Assembly: GCA_048425625.1 (NCBI GenBank)
Contig: DBFNYT010000067.1
Coordinates: 1-43,674, forward strand
DNA length: 43,674 nucleotides
Origin: Collinsella sp.
Lineage (GTDB): Bacteria; Actinomycetota; Coriobacteriia; Coriobacteriales; Coriobacteriaceae
Reading direction: 5' to 3'
The first letter of the stretch is position 1. The number at the start of each line of letters is the position of its first letter. Under the pieces are notes generated by a model, which did not search any database, had not been told where the DNA came from, and was given only the letters and a program-made list of their open reading frames with translations. The position numbers were made by a program, and so were the translations under genes. Of this stretch, positions 19,041 through 28,848 are shown piece by piece.

Positions 19041-20354
19041 CTACAGGCGCTCGCGAACCGCCTCGACGACGTTGTCCAGATCGGCGAGCACCTCGTCATG
19101 GCTCTGCATGTCGCGCACTTTGACCTTGCCGGCGGCAAGCTCGTCGCCACCCAGGACCAAGATGAGCTTGGCGCCTACCTTATCGGCTTGCTTAAACTGG
19201 GCCTTGAGCGAACGACCCTGATAGTCGGCCTCGGTCACGATACCTGCGGCGCGAAGCTCCTGCGTAATGGCAAAGACGTTCTGACGCAGCTCCTTGCCGG
19301 CGTTGGCGACATAGACGCACGGGGCCTCATCGGCACCCAAATCGCTGCCAAAGGCCTGCAGGGCCAGCAGGGCGCGCTCAAAACCGACAGCAAAGCCGAC
19401 GCCCGCCGTGGGCTTGCCACCCTCGAGCTCGACCAGGCCATCGTAGCGGCCGCCGCCGCCGATGGAGCCGACGCCGGCGCCAGGGGCCTCGACCTCAAAG
19501 ACAGTACGGGTGTAGTAGTCCAGGCCGCGCACCAAGGTGGGATCCTCGACATACTCGATACCGGCGGCATCCAGATAGCGCTTGACCTGCTCGTAGTGCT
19601 CGCGGCACTCATCGCACAGGTTGTCACCCATCAGCGGAGCCTCGGCCATGATCTCGCGGCAGTGGTCGTTCTTGCAGTCAAAGGCACGCAGCGGGTTGAG
19701 CTCGGCGCGCTCGCGGCACTCATCGCACATCTCGTCTGCGTGATCGAGGATAAACTGCTTGACTTGCTCGCGGTAAGCCGGACGGCACTGAGCGTCGCCC
19801 ATCGAGTTAATGAGCAGACGAAGCTTGGAAAGATCGAAGCCCAGGCGCTTGTAAAACTCCATGAGCATGATGATGCACTCGGCGTCTGCCGCCGGATCGG
19901 GAGCGCCGAGCCACTCGATGCCCACCTGGTGGAACTGGCGCAGGCGGCCCTTCTGGGGACGCTCGCCGCGGAACATGGCCTCGGCGTAGTAAGCCTTAAA
20001 CGGCGTGGAGCCCTGGGGCACCAGATTGTTCTCGACGACGGCGCGCACCACGCCGGCCGTGCCCTCGGGGCGAAGTGCCAGGCGCTGCTTGGGCTTGAGT
20101 TTGGTGTCGGTGCCCTCGGTAAAGACGCGCTCCAGGTTGGCACCGCTGAACACGCGGAACATTTCCTTGCGCACGACGTCGGTCGACTGGCCGATACCGT
20201 GGACAAACACGTCAACCTGCTCGATCGCGGGCGTCTCGATGGGTTTAAAACCAAACGGCTCGAACACGCCGGCCGCAATCTGCTGCATCTTTTGCCAGGC
20301 GCGCATCTCGGCGCCGATAAGGTCGCGGGTTCCCTCCGCCTTCTGTGCCTGCAT
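19041..20354 (-). CDS. hisS: Histidine--tRNA ligase
   Basis: LRPEGTAGVVRA, FRGERPQKGRLRQFHQ, LVRGLDYYTRTVFE, GGGRYDGL; AGAAAGG RBS. Confidence 0.97.
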   Translation of the reverse strand: MQAQKAEGTRDLIGAEMRAWQKMQQIAAGVFEPFGFKPIETPAIEQVDVFVHGIGQSTDVVRKEMFRVFSGANLERVFTEGTDTKLKPKQRLALRPEGTAGVVRAVVENNLVPQGSTPFKAYYAEAMFRGERPQKGRLRQFHQVGIEWLGAPDPAADAECIIMLMEFYKRLGFDLSKLRLLINSMGDAQCRPAYREQVKQFILDHADEMCDECRERAELNPLRAFDCKNDHCREIMAEAPLMGDNLCDECREHYEQVKRYLDAAGIEYVEDPTLVRGLDYYTRTVFEVEAPGAGVGSIGGGGRYDGLVELEGGKPTAGVGFAVGFERALLALQAFGSDLGADEAPCVYVANAGKELRQNVFAITQELRAAGIVTEADYQGRSLKAQFKQADKVGAKLILVLGGDELAAGKVKVRDMQSHDEVLADLDNVVEAVRERL

Positions 20355-20516
20355 GGGCAAACACCTTTCTTTTGTATCGCGTCATAGGTAGTGGACATTA
20401 TACGGCACAAAGCAGCAACGCGGCGGCGCGCCTGACCGAACGAGGGTATGGGGACTCGTTCGGCCAGACGCGCCGCCGCGGACGAAGCGGACAAGCGGCG
20501 ATGCGCTTTGGCCTAC

Positions 20517-20966
20517 CTACTCCCCCGCCACGCTCGCGCGCAGCTTGGCGGCGATGGGCTCGGATGCCAGCAGGAACACGAGCATGACCACGGAGCACGC
20601 CAGGCACACGATCCAGGTGCTCGCAAAGGAGCCCGAGACGGCAAAGAGCACATAGACCTGCCAAAGCTCACCCACAAAGCTCATGCCGGCAAGCACCGCC
20701 GAGGTAGCGATAACGGTAAGCGAGCCCAATACGCGGCCACTCACCTTATCGGCAACATGACCGATAACGAGCGAACCCACGACACTCACCACGGTGGAGA
20801 TGGCATTGGAGACGTTGTACTGCGCAAGGGAAATACCCAGGTTGCTGACGATCAGCGGCTGGAACAGGCTCATGCAGTTGACGAAAATCGTGTAACACGT
20901 GGCCATGATCACGAAGCCGGAGGCCACCACGAGCCAGCCGGGGAAGAACTTACGCTGCTGGGGCAT
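20517..20966 (-). pseudogene. MFS transporter with a large in-frame internal deletion (149 aa)
   Basis: Typical MFS N-terminus (GWLVVA.., G-H-V-A-D-K motif A-like, ELWQVYVLFAVSG) joined directly to a last-TM-like segment (SFASTWIVCLACS..); full MFS proteins are about 400 aa. Confidence 0.7.
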
Positions 20967-20969
20967 TGG

Positions 20970-22265
20970 TTACTCCTTGTGGTCGGCGATATAGCCCAAA
21001 GCGACGGCGGTATAAGCCGCAGCACCGAGCGGCAGCTCGGCATCGTTAAAACGTGCCTTGGGATGGTGCTGGGCAAAGTGTTCGTCCGTGTCGGTTACGG
21101 CCGCGCCCACGGTAAAGTACGCACTCGGAATCTCGCTCGAGATAAGCGCGAAGTCCTCACTCGCCATGGCATGGAAAAGCGGCAAGAAAGCCGCCTTGGG
21201 CAGCACTGCGCCCACATAGCCAAGCGACGCCTGAGTCATATCGCTGTCGAGTACAAGCGGCGGAACATCCGAAAGCGTCTCGATGGTCGCCGGCGTACGA
21301 TATGTTGTGGCAACGCCGTTAACGACCTCCGCGATGCGGGTCTTGAGGTGCTCCATGAGCTCAACATCAAAGCCGCGCAGCGTTCCCTCGAGCACGCAGG
21401 TGTCGGGGATGACGTTGGCCGCCAAGCCGCCAGCAAACTTACCAACGGTAAGTGCGACTTCCTTGGCCGCCGGCACCTCGCGGGAGATAAGCTCCTGGAG
21501 CGCCAGATGCACATGCACGCCTGCCGTGATGGGGTCGATGCAGATCTCGGGGCTCGAGCCATGGCCGCCCTTGCCCTGGAGCGTGATACGGAAACCGTAC
21601 ACGCCCGAGAGCGCCGGGCTGCCGTAGAGCACCAGGCCAAGCGGCGACTGGCTGTTGACATGCATGGCAAAGGCCGCCTGAGGACGCGGGTTCTGCAGCA
21701 GGCCATCGGCGATGGCAGCGCGTACCCCTTCAAAGGTCTCCTCGCCCGGCTGGAACAGCAGTTTGACGGTGGCATTGGCGTCGACGAGCTCGGCCTCGCG
21801 GGCCTTGAGCAGGCGAGCCGCACCAAGCAGCGCCGTCGCGTGCATATCGTGACCGCAAGCGTGCATGCAGCCGTTGGTGGATGCAAAGGGCTCGCCGGAT
21901 TCCTCGGCAACGGGCAGGGCGTCCATGTCGCCACGAAGCATGATGACCGTTCCGGCCTGCTCGTCCTTGCACGTGCCATTGCCCTGAGCGGCCGCACCGG
22001 CACCGATCAGGCCAACGACGCAGGAACCGTCGACGAGCGTGGTATGGGGGATGTCCATCTCGTCCAGACGTGCCTGGATATAGGCAGAGGTCTGCGGAAG
22101 ATTGTTACCGAGCTCGGGCATCTGATGTAAATCGTGTCGCCACGCAGCGAGCTCGTCTGCAAAAGCCTGAGCTTCTGCAACAAGACCGTCACCGATAGCG
22201 GTCTGCGCCGCCGCGGTGGCCTTGGGCGCTGATTGCGGTTGAAGATCGGACAGTGCTGGTGCCAT
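20970..22265 (-). CDS. M20D-family amidohydrolase
   Basis: HQMPEL, LRGDMDALP, MHACGHDMH, FQPGEE, GKGGHGS, SEDF, HHP motifs; GGAGGG RBS. Confidence 0.93.
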   Translation of the reverse strand: MAPALSDLQPQSAPKATAAAQTAIGDGLVAEAQAFADELAAWRHDLHQMPELGNNLPQTSAYIQARLDEMDIPHTTLVDGSCVVGLIGAGAAAQGNGTCKDEQAGTVIMLRGDMDALPVAEESGEPFASTNGCMHACGHDMHATALLGAARLLKAREAELVDANATVKLLFQPGEETFEGVRAAIADGLLQNPRPQAAFAMHVNSQSPLGLVLYGSPALSGVYGFRITLQGKGGHGSSPEICIDPITAGVHVHLALQELISREVPAAKEVALTVGKFAGGLAANVIPDTCVLEGTLRGFDVELMEHLKTRIAEVVNGVATTYRTPATIETLSDVPPLVLDSDMTQASLGYVGAVLPKAAFLPLFHAMASEDFALISSEIPSAYFTVGAAVTDTDEHFAQHHPKARFNDAELPLGAAAYTAVALGYIADHKE

Positions 22266-22343
22266 AGATGCCCTCCAGTAACGTTTTTGCAGCAAGCACT
22301 TTGATAGCGTAAAGTGCAAGGTACTACTTTAAGGGCGACGCAT

Positions 22344-22370
22344 AAAAAATGCCGCCCTGGGAGGGCGGCG
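22344..22370 (-). terminator. Intrinsic terminator after the EamA gene
   Basis: aaaaaat-gccgccct-ggg-agggcggc. Confidence 0.7.
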
Positions 22371-22381
22371 CAACAAGTTGT

Positions 22382-23365
22382 TTACAATTGCGGGTGTGAT
22401 TTTCGGCGCAAGAAATCGAAATGCGTCTCGCTCAAGATAATCGAAAGAAAGATGAGCGCGAAGCCGGCGAGCAGGCGCGAGGTGAGCGCCTCCCCCATCA
22501 GCAGCACCGAGAACAGCACGCCCGAAGGCGACTCCATCGAAAGGAGCAGTGAGCCCGTCGAGGCCGAGACATGCGCCAGGCCGACGTTTTGGATGAGCAG
22601 AGCCGCGCATGTGCAACCAACCGAGAGAAACGCCATCGCGCTGATAAAGCTCGGCGTCCACACGGACAGAGGCGCTTGGGTCTCGAATAGCAGCGACGTT
22701 GCCAGGCTCAGCACGCCGTTGCCCACAAACATCCAAAACGTGATGACGTTGATGTCCATTTTGCGACCGTACTTGGCAGTCACCGCCATCTGGATGGCGA
22801 AAAAGACCGCACCCGCCAGCGTAATGACATCACCGATGTTGAATTCAACGCTATCGAGCGCCACCAAGCCAATGCCCGCAAAGCACAGCAGCGCCGCGCC
22901 CAGGTTATAGCGGGTGAGTTTTTCGCCGCTCAGAAAATAGCTCGCGAACGGCACAACGATGCAATACGTGCCCGTCAAAAAAGCATTCTTGCCCGCCGTG
23001 GTGTGCGCCAGACCGACTGTCTGCAGGGCGTAGGCGGCCCACATAAGTGCGCCCATGCCAAGTCCGACGATAAGGTTGCGGGCGTTGAGGTGCGCGATGA
23101 TGCGCTTGTGGAAGATGAAAAACATGACCAACGCCGCAGGCAGAAAGCGCACGTAGAGCAGTTCGAACACCGGAATGGTGTCGAGCGCGTCCTTCATGGT
23201 CGTAAAGGAGTAGCCCCAGACGACTGCCACCGAAAGCAGCAGGGCTTTCCAGAACAGCGGCGAGCGAGCGCCGGCGCCGCGGGAGGTGCCGCCCGCGCCC
23301 AGGTCCTCGCGAGCAACAGGGCTATCGGGCATCATTTCGATATTGTCAGTGGCATGCTGGGCCAT
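22382..23365 (-). CDS. DMT/EamA-family transporter
   Basis: VWGYSF, VRF, LQTVGLAHTTAGKNAFLTG, GDVITL, SMESPSG; about 10 TM segments in two EamA repeats. Confidence 0.92.
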   Translation of the reverse strand: MAQHATDNIEMMPDSPVAREDLGAGGTSRGAGARSPLFWKALLLSVAVVWGYSFTTMKDALDTIPVFELLYVRFLPAALVMFFIFHKRIIAHLNARNLIVGLGMGALMWAAYALQTVGLAHTTAGKNAFLTGTYCIVVPFASYFLSGEKLTRYNLGAALLCFAGIGLVALDSVEFNIGDVITLAGAVFFAIQMAVTAKYGRKMDINVITFWMFVGNGVLSLATSLLFETQAPLSVWTPSFISAMAFLSVGCTCAALLIQNVGLAHVSASTGSLLLSMESPSGVLFSVLLMGEALTSRLLAGFALIFLSIILSETHFDFLRRKSHPQL

Positions 23366-23566
23366 AGGGCATCCTCGCGCTCAATCTGGGCGTGGTGTCC
23401 GCACGCGCATGGCTGCGTGCCGCCTCATGGTCAAATAAAAGCAGGGCGCACCGGACCCCCGGCACGCCCCGCTACTGTAGCAACAACCAAGCAGCCCGTG
23501 CAATTCACTACGCTAAAGCATCGGGTTGGAAGATCTCGATGTTCCGACGGCGTTTACGTTGCTGAA

Positions 23567-25756
23567 CTAAATCAATTTGGTTGACTCCAGTTTTTCGATG
23601 ATCCAGTCGTTGGCTTTGATGACCGGGCGGCGGAAGACGACGCCCAGTGCCAGCGACGGAATCAGATAGCTCGCCAGAATGCCTAGCTCAATCCAGTACT
23701 CCATGTGGTACGCACCGGCCATGGCGGCATGCATGGCGTTGATGCCGTGGGTGAACGGCAGGAACGGATAGATCGCCTGGAACACGGGGCCGGTCATCTC
23801 GATGGGGAACGTGCCGCCCGAACCGCCGACCTGCATGACCAGCAGCACGACGGCGAGCGCCTTGCCGATATCGCCAAACGAAACCGTAAGCGTGTAGACG
23901 ATATTGGAGAACACGAGACTCGCGACCCAGCCCGCCAGCACAAACTGCAGCGGGTCGTCGCACTGGATGCCAAAGAACAGGATGTCGCCCGCACACACGA
24001 GCGTTGCCTGCAGCAGGGCCAGACCGCCAAAGAACAGGTAGCGGCCCAGGTAGATCTCGTGCAGGCGCACGGGGATGAGCTCGTTGATAAGCTCATCGTC
24101 AACCGAGACCTTCATCATGGCCGCCAGCACAATCGAGCCCACCCAGAGCGACAGAATCGTGTAGAACGGTGCCATGGCCGAACCGTAGTTGCGGATCGGA
24201 TAGACCGGCTTGCGATCGAGCGCGACGGGGCCGGAAAGCGACACGGCCAGACCCTCGGGATCATTGCCGATCATCGTCTTGATCGTAGCGAGGTCATCCG
24301 ACATCAAGGCGCCGTCGAGCTCGTCCTTAAACGCACTGATCTTGTCCGACGCCTCGCCCAGCTGATCAGAAGCCTTGTTGACCAGCTTTGCAGCTTTGGA
24401 GAGGCCCTTTGCCAGCGAACCGGATGCGTCGGTCAGGCCAGCAACAGCACTATCCAGATCGTTCGAAATACCGTTCAGCGAATCCAAAACGCCCGAGATG
24501 GTCTTCTTGAGCTCCTTTGCCTTGGCCGAAAACGTAGAGTCGTAGTCAGTCTTGGCGCCCGAGATACCAGCCTTGGCATCCGCGATTGCCTGATCGACCT
24601 CGGCACGCGACTTATTAACCTCTGCCATGCTGTCAGAGAGAGACTTCGCGGTGGCCGTCAAGTCCTTGGCGTTGTTGCGATACTCCACAGCAATCCTGCT
24701 CAGCGATGTTGCCACAGACTTGAGGCTGTCCTGGAGTTTTTCGTCAGTCACCTGATCGACAAAGCTGCGGAGCTGGTCGGCCGTGGCGTCGATATCGTCG
24801 GCACGCGTGTTGAGCGCCGCCGCGGCATCGTTGAGCTGGGACACTGTAAGGTCGACATGTTGATTCGCGGCATCAAATGCCTTCGCAAGCTCGGCGGACA
24901 CGTTGTCAAACGAGCCCGCGCTTCCGTCAATCGCGGCATTGATGGCGTCGTTGGCGTCCTTCAGCGCTTCCTTGGAATCGCTAATACCGCTTTTGACATG
25001 CTCCATCAGCTGCTTCGTTGACTCATCGACCGTGCCCGTCTGCTTGAGCATGCCGCTCGCCGACGTCAGCGAATCGGACGTGGAGCTCAAAATGCCCGCC
25101 AGCGACGAAGCATTTGCCCGAACGTCTCGCAGGTCCTCAATCGAATCGCCGAGCGTCGAGGACAGGTTGGCGATAAAGTTACCCACCTGGTCGGTGCTCA
25201 TGTAATCGAGCAGGCTGGACACCGTCTTAAGACCGATCGTCGTAATGGTCTCGGTAAAAGTTTTGTTAACCTGGCTCTGGACGGCGCTCGAACCCTTCTC
25301 GGTCACGATCTGCGCAATGGCGTTGGCCTTCTGATTCTCGTAGAACTCGATATCGGCATGCTTCACGTCGGTCGAGAAAAGCGTCATCATGTCAGCGCTA
25401 AACGTTTTGGGGATAACGACGGCAGCATAGTACGCGCCCGACTTAACGCCCTCGATAGCCTTTTCGCGATTGTTGAGCACAACCCAATCGAAGCTCTCGT
25501 TGCCGCGTAGGGTGGCGGTCACGTTTTCGCCCACGTTAACCTCGACGGGGATCAAATCGCTCTCGTAACCCTCATCGGTGTTGACCACGGCGATCTTAAG
25601 ATTGCCGGTGTTGCCGTACGGATCCCAGCTGCCGGCGATGTTAAACCACGCGTACAGACACGGTACGATAATGAGGCCCATCACGACAACCAAGCCGATC
25701 ACGGAGCGAGACACGTTTTGGACATCGCGCTTAAACAGATGCAGGATGTTCTTCAT
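23567..25756 (-). CDS. YhgE/Pip-family membrane protein
   Basis: PCLYAWFNIAGSWDPYGNT N-terminal motif, long helical/coiled-coil extracellular region, NYGSAMAPFY and QVGGSGGTFPIE C-terminal motifs. Confidence 0.93.
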   Translation of the reverse strand: MKNILHLFKRDVQNVSRSVIGLVVVMGLIIVPCLYAWFNIAGSWDPYGNTGNLKIAVVNTDEGYESDLIPVEVNVGENVTATLRGNESFDWVVLNNREKAIEGVKSGAYYAAVVIPKTFSADMMTLFSTDVKHADIEFYENQKANAIAQIVTEKGSSAVQSQVNKTFTETITTIGLKTVSSLLDYMSTDQVGNFIANLSSTLGDSIEDLRDVRANASSLAGILSSTSDSLTSASGMLKQTGTVDESTKQLMEHVKSGISDSKEALKDANDAINAAIDGSAGSFDNVSAELAKAFDAANQHVDLTVSQLNDAAAALNTRADDIDATADQLRSFVDQVTDEKLQDSLKSVATSLSRIAVEYRNNAKDLTATAKSLSDSMAEVNKSRAEVDQAIADAKAGISGAKTDYDSTFSAKAKELKKTISGVLDSLNGISNDLDSAVAGLTDASGSLAKGLSKAAKLVNKASDQLGEASDKISAFKDELDGALMSDDLATIKTMIGNDPEGLAVSLSGPVALDRKPVYPIRNYGSAMAPFYTILSLWVGSIVLAAMMKVSVDDELINELIPVRLHEIYLGRYLFFGGLALLQATLVCAGDILFFGIQCDDPLQFVLAGWVASLVFSNIVYTLTVSFGDIGKALAVVLLVMQVGGSGGTFPIEMTGPVFQAIYPFLPFTHGINAMHAAMAGAYHMEYWIELGILASYLIPSLALGVVFRRPVIKANDWIIEKLESTKLI

Positions 25757-28573
25757 TTATGCCTCACCTCCTTTGGAGTGCTTGCCAAGCGCGGTGGTAT
25801 CTCCATCATTTGTGGCTGTGCTGTCGCTGCCCTGAGATTTATGGTGCGAGCCGATATGCGGCAAGCGGCCCGTGGACTGATCGCCGCCCTTGGCACCACG
25901 CTCGCTGGCGTTGAGGCCAAACATGTGGCGGGCGGCAGGAATGGCGGCCGTGTGTTCGCGCATCTCGCGACGCAGGTCCTCATCCGAAAGCGCCGAGATG
26001 CGCATCTGGGTATTGAGGCTCGCTCGGATATATTCGATATTGATAAGCCAGCCGCAGATGGCAATAACCGAGATGATCCAAATAACAAGCAGGATGATCT
26101 TGCCGTTATTGTCGATATCGAGAACCGTCGACAGGACAAAGAGCAGGACCTGAACGCCCACCACGGCGGCAAAACCGCCCTTGATGTAGTACGGGTAGCG
26201 ATGTTCAAAGGCGACCGCATGATCGAGCAGTTCGCGACGGTACGAATCGGAATCGAGCATGACACGCATGGCCGTGCGCAGCGAGTAGCGCTGGCGCGGC
26301 AGGTCGTTGGACTCGCAAATCATCATACCGGTCGTGGAGAGCTGTTTATCAAAGAGCAGGTTAAGGTTGAGCAGCAGCGGACGCAGCTGCAGGCCGATAA
26401 AGAGCGCCACGATCAAGAACACGCCCAGAATGCACAGGTTAAACAGGTAGTTGAACGAATACATGCCGCCGACCGTCTCGCGCAGCAGATTGATGCCGTA
26501 GGTAAAGGGCAGCAGCGGGTGCAGCCACTGGAAGAAGCCGGGCATCATCTCGATGGGGTACATGCCCGACGAACCCGGGATCTGCACGATGACGAGAATG
26601 ACGCCGATAGCCTTGCCGATATGCTTAAACGTGGTGGACAGCGCATAGATGATATTGACGTAGGTGAACGAAATGGCGATGCCGCCCAGCACGAACAACA
26701 GCGGGCTGACGCACTGCACGCCAATCACCAGATCGCCTACCGTAACGATGATGGCCTGCAACGCGCCCAGGATCACCATGAGCAACCAGCGGCCAAAGTA
26801 GCCCTGACGCGCCGTAAAGCTGCCAACACCTTCACGGTCGACCTCGAGCTTGTAAATGGCGATGAGCACATAGCCGCCCACCCAAAGCGCCAGATTGGTG
26901 TAGAAGGGAGCGATGCCCGAGCCAAAGCTCTTGACCGGATAGATTGACTTGGACGTCAACTCAACCGGAGACGCCATGAAATCTGCCACGTCATTGACAT
27001 CGACGCCCATCAGATCGGCCAGCTCGCCCATGGACTCGGAGGTCTGCAGCGCCGCGATGTCATTGGCGGCGGTTGCAAGCTTGTCCTGGACCTTGGCAAG
27101 CGAGGAATCGGTCTGGGACAGCGTGGTCTTGGCCTGGCCGAGCGTAGCGCTAAGCTGCGCCAACGTGCCGCGCGCATTTGCAAGTGTAGGTGTCATACCC
27201 GAGACGATACCGGTCAGGTCGCCCGAAACGGCAGCAAAAGAGTCGAGCGCGCTCGAGGCCTTCGGCAGCGCGTTTTGGCCCAAGTCCGTCTGGGCTTGGC
27301 CAAGGTTGGTCGCACCGGTATGAATTGCGTTATTGATAGCGTCACTGGCACCCGAAACAGCCGCTGCGTCATTCGCCATGGCGCTCGACTGCGCGGACAG
27401 ACCGTCCTTGATGCTCTGAAGCTTTTCATTCTGCTCTCGAAGCAAATCGATGGTCGATACAATGCGCGCGTCAATTTCCTCGGAACCTGTCGACGTGTCA
27501 TTGGCGAGAATCTCCAAGTGCCCGATAACGGCCTTATTATGGTCGATCGTCGCTTGAAGAGACTCGAGCGAGTTGTCGATACGGGTGGTCGTAGATGTGA
27601 CCGCGCCCGTCAGCTTGCCGATGGCAGCGTTCGCAGAGGCCGACGTCTTGGTGAGCGCAAGGCTGCCTTCCGAGAGCGCCTTGGAGAGCGAGGTGATGGA
27701 GTTGCCCGCCGTGGTGCGAGCTTCGCTCAGCAGGTCGTTGCCCTGGGAGATCGCCTGCGTCAGCGACGGTGCCTGGCCTTGCAAGCCGGCAAGTGCCGCA
27801 TCAGCCGAGGCGATAGCGCCACTCGTCTTATCGATGGCGGCATTCATATCGCCAATCGAATCGCGCACCTCGCCCAAGGTGTCGGACGCCTCGGACACCG
27901 AACTTGCCAGCGAGTCCTGAGTCTGGGTTGCCTTGTCCTTTAAATCGACACCGGCATCCTTGGCGATACCGGCAACAGTCTTGCCTACCGTAGAGACAAA
28001 TTCCGAGTTGATCTGCTCCTCGATGGTGTTTGCACCGGTATCGGTAACCTTGGGCGCAATGGCGCTCTTCTTCTCATTGACGTAGTACGTGAGCTTGGGC
28101 TGATGGTAGTTGCCGTCGAGCATCGAAACCAGGTTATCCGAGAAGTTCTTGGGAATCACGATAGCGGCATAGTACTCGCCGCTCTCGACGCCCTCCTTGG
28201 CATCGGCCGTCGAGTCGACGAACGTCCAGCCCAACTGATGATTCTCCTTGAGCTGGTCGACCACTTTGTCGCCAGCGTTGAGCTCACCCACCAAGTCGTT
28301 TTGGGTGCCTCGATCGTTGTTGGCGATAGCAATCTTGATGCCTTGGGTGTTTCCATACGGATCCCAGTTTGCCACGATGTTATACCAGGCATACAGCGAG
28401 GGAATAACGCACACGCCTAGGGTAACCACCAGGGCGACGGGGTTCACAAGCAGTCGCTTAATGTCGCGCTTAAATATCGCAAAGGACACCTTTGCATTGG
28501 ATAGTTTGCTGCCGAGACTCACGCTTGGACCATCCATCCTGTCGTTAAATCGAATCGTACTATCGACAACCAT
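25757..28573 (-). CDS. YhgE/Pip-family membrane protein (start uncertain, may be downstream)
   Basis: PSLYAWYNIVANWDPYGNT, NEKKSAIAPKVT, SFGSGIAPFYTNLALWVG, QIPGSSGMYPIE; extra C-terminal TMs. Confidence 0.92.
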   Translation of the reverse strand: MVVDSTIRFNDRMDGPSVSLGSKLSNAKVSFAIFKRDIKRLLVNPVALVVTLGVCVIPSLYAWYNIVANWDPYGNTQGIKIAIANNDRGTQNDLVGELNAGDKVVDQLKENHQLGWTFVDSTADAKEGVESGEYYAAIVIPKNFSDNLVSMLDGNYHQPKLTYYVNEKKSAIAPKVTDTGANTIEEQINSEFVSTVGKTVAGIAKDAGVDLKDKATQTQDSLASSVSEASDTLGEVRDSIGDMNAAIDKTSGAIASADAALAGLQGQAPSLTQAISQGNDLLSEARTTAGNSITSLSKALSEGSLALTKTSASANAAIGKLTGAVTSTTTRIDNSLESLQATIDHNKAVIGHLEILANDTSTGSEEIDARIVSTIDLLREQNEKLQSIKDGLSAQSSAMANDAAAVSGASDAINNAIHTGATNLGQAQTDLGQNALPKASSALDSFAAVSGDLTGIVSGMTPTLANARGTLAQLSATLGQAKTTLSQTDSSLAKVQDKLATAANDIAALQTSESMGELADLMGVDVNDVADFMASPVELTSKSIYPVKSFGSGIAPFYTNLALWVGGYVLIAIYKLEVDREGVGSFTARQGYFGRWLLMVILGALQAIIVTVGDLVIGVQCVSPLLFVLGGIAISFTYVNIIYALSTTFKHIGKAIGVILVIVQIPGSSGMYPIEMMPGFFQWLHPLLPFTYGINLLRETVGGMYSFNYLFNLCILGVFLIVALFIGLQLRPLLLNLNLLFDKQLSTTGMMICESNDLPRQRYSLRTAMRVMLDSDSYRRELLDHAVAFEHRYPYYIKGGFAAVVGVQVLLFVLSTVLDIDNNGKIILLVIWIISVIAICGWLINIEYIRASLNTQMRISALSDEDLRREMREHTAAIPAARHMFGLNASERGAKGGDQSTGRLPHIGSHHKSQGSDSTATNDGDTTALGKHSKGGEA

Positions 28574-28711
28574 TGTAGTAGGCGCTTTAACGTCTCAAAG
28601 CACAATGGTGTTGAGTTTTGCGGGTAGCAATATACTACGAAGATGAGTTAACGTACAGATGTACAGTATCCTAAATTTCAGCAGGTCACAAAACCACAGC
28701 CCGCACAAATA

Positions 28712-28740
28712 AATGATCCCTTGGGGACGAAGGGATCATT
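28712..28740 (-). terminator. Terminator-like hairpin downstream of htpG
   Basis: aatgatccctt-ggggacg-aagggatcatt with an A-rich left flank. Confidence 0.55.
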
Positions 28741-28748
28741 CAAAAGGA

Positions 28749-28818
28749 AACGAGAGTGGAAAATCTCCCACTTCAAGCCCGCATTCGAGCCAAAAGTGGG
28801 AGATTATCCACTCTCGTT
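28749..28818. repeat. 25-bp inverted repeat (1 mismatch) with a 20-nt spacer
   Basis: aacgagagtggaaaatctcccactt (28749-28773) / aagtgggagattatccactctcgtt (28794-28818). Confidence 0.8.
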
Positions 28819-28848
28819 CTAATCTAGTTACGGTGCCGTATCCCCGAA

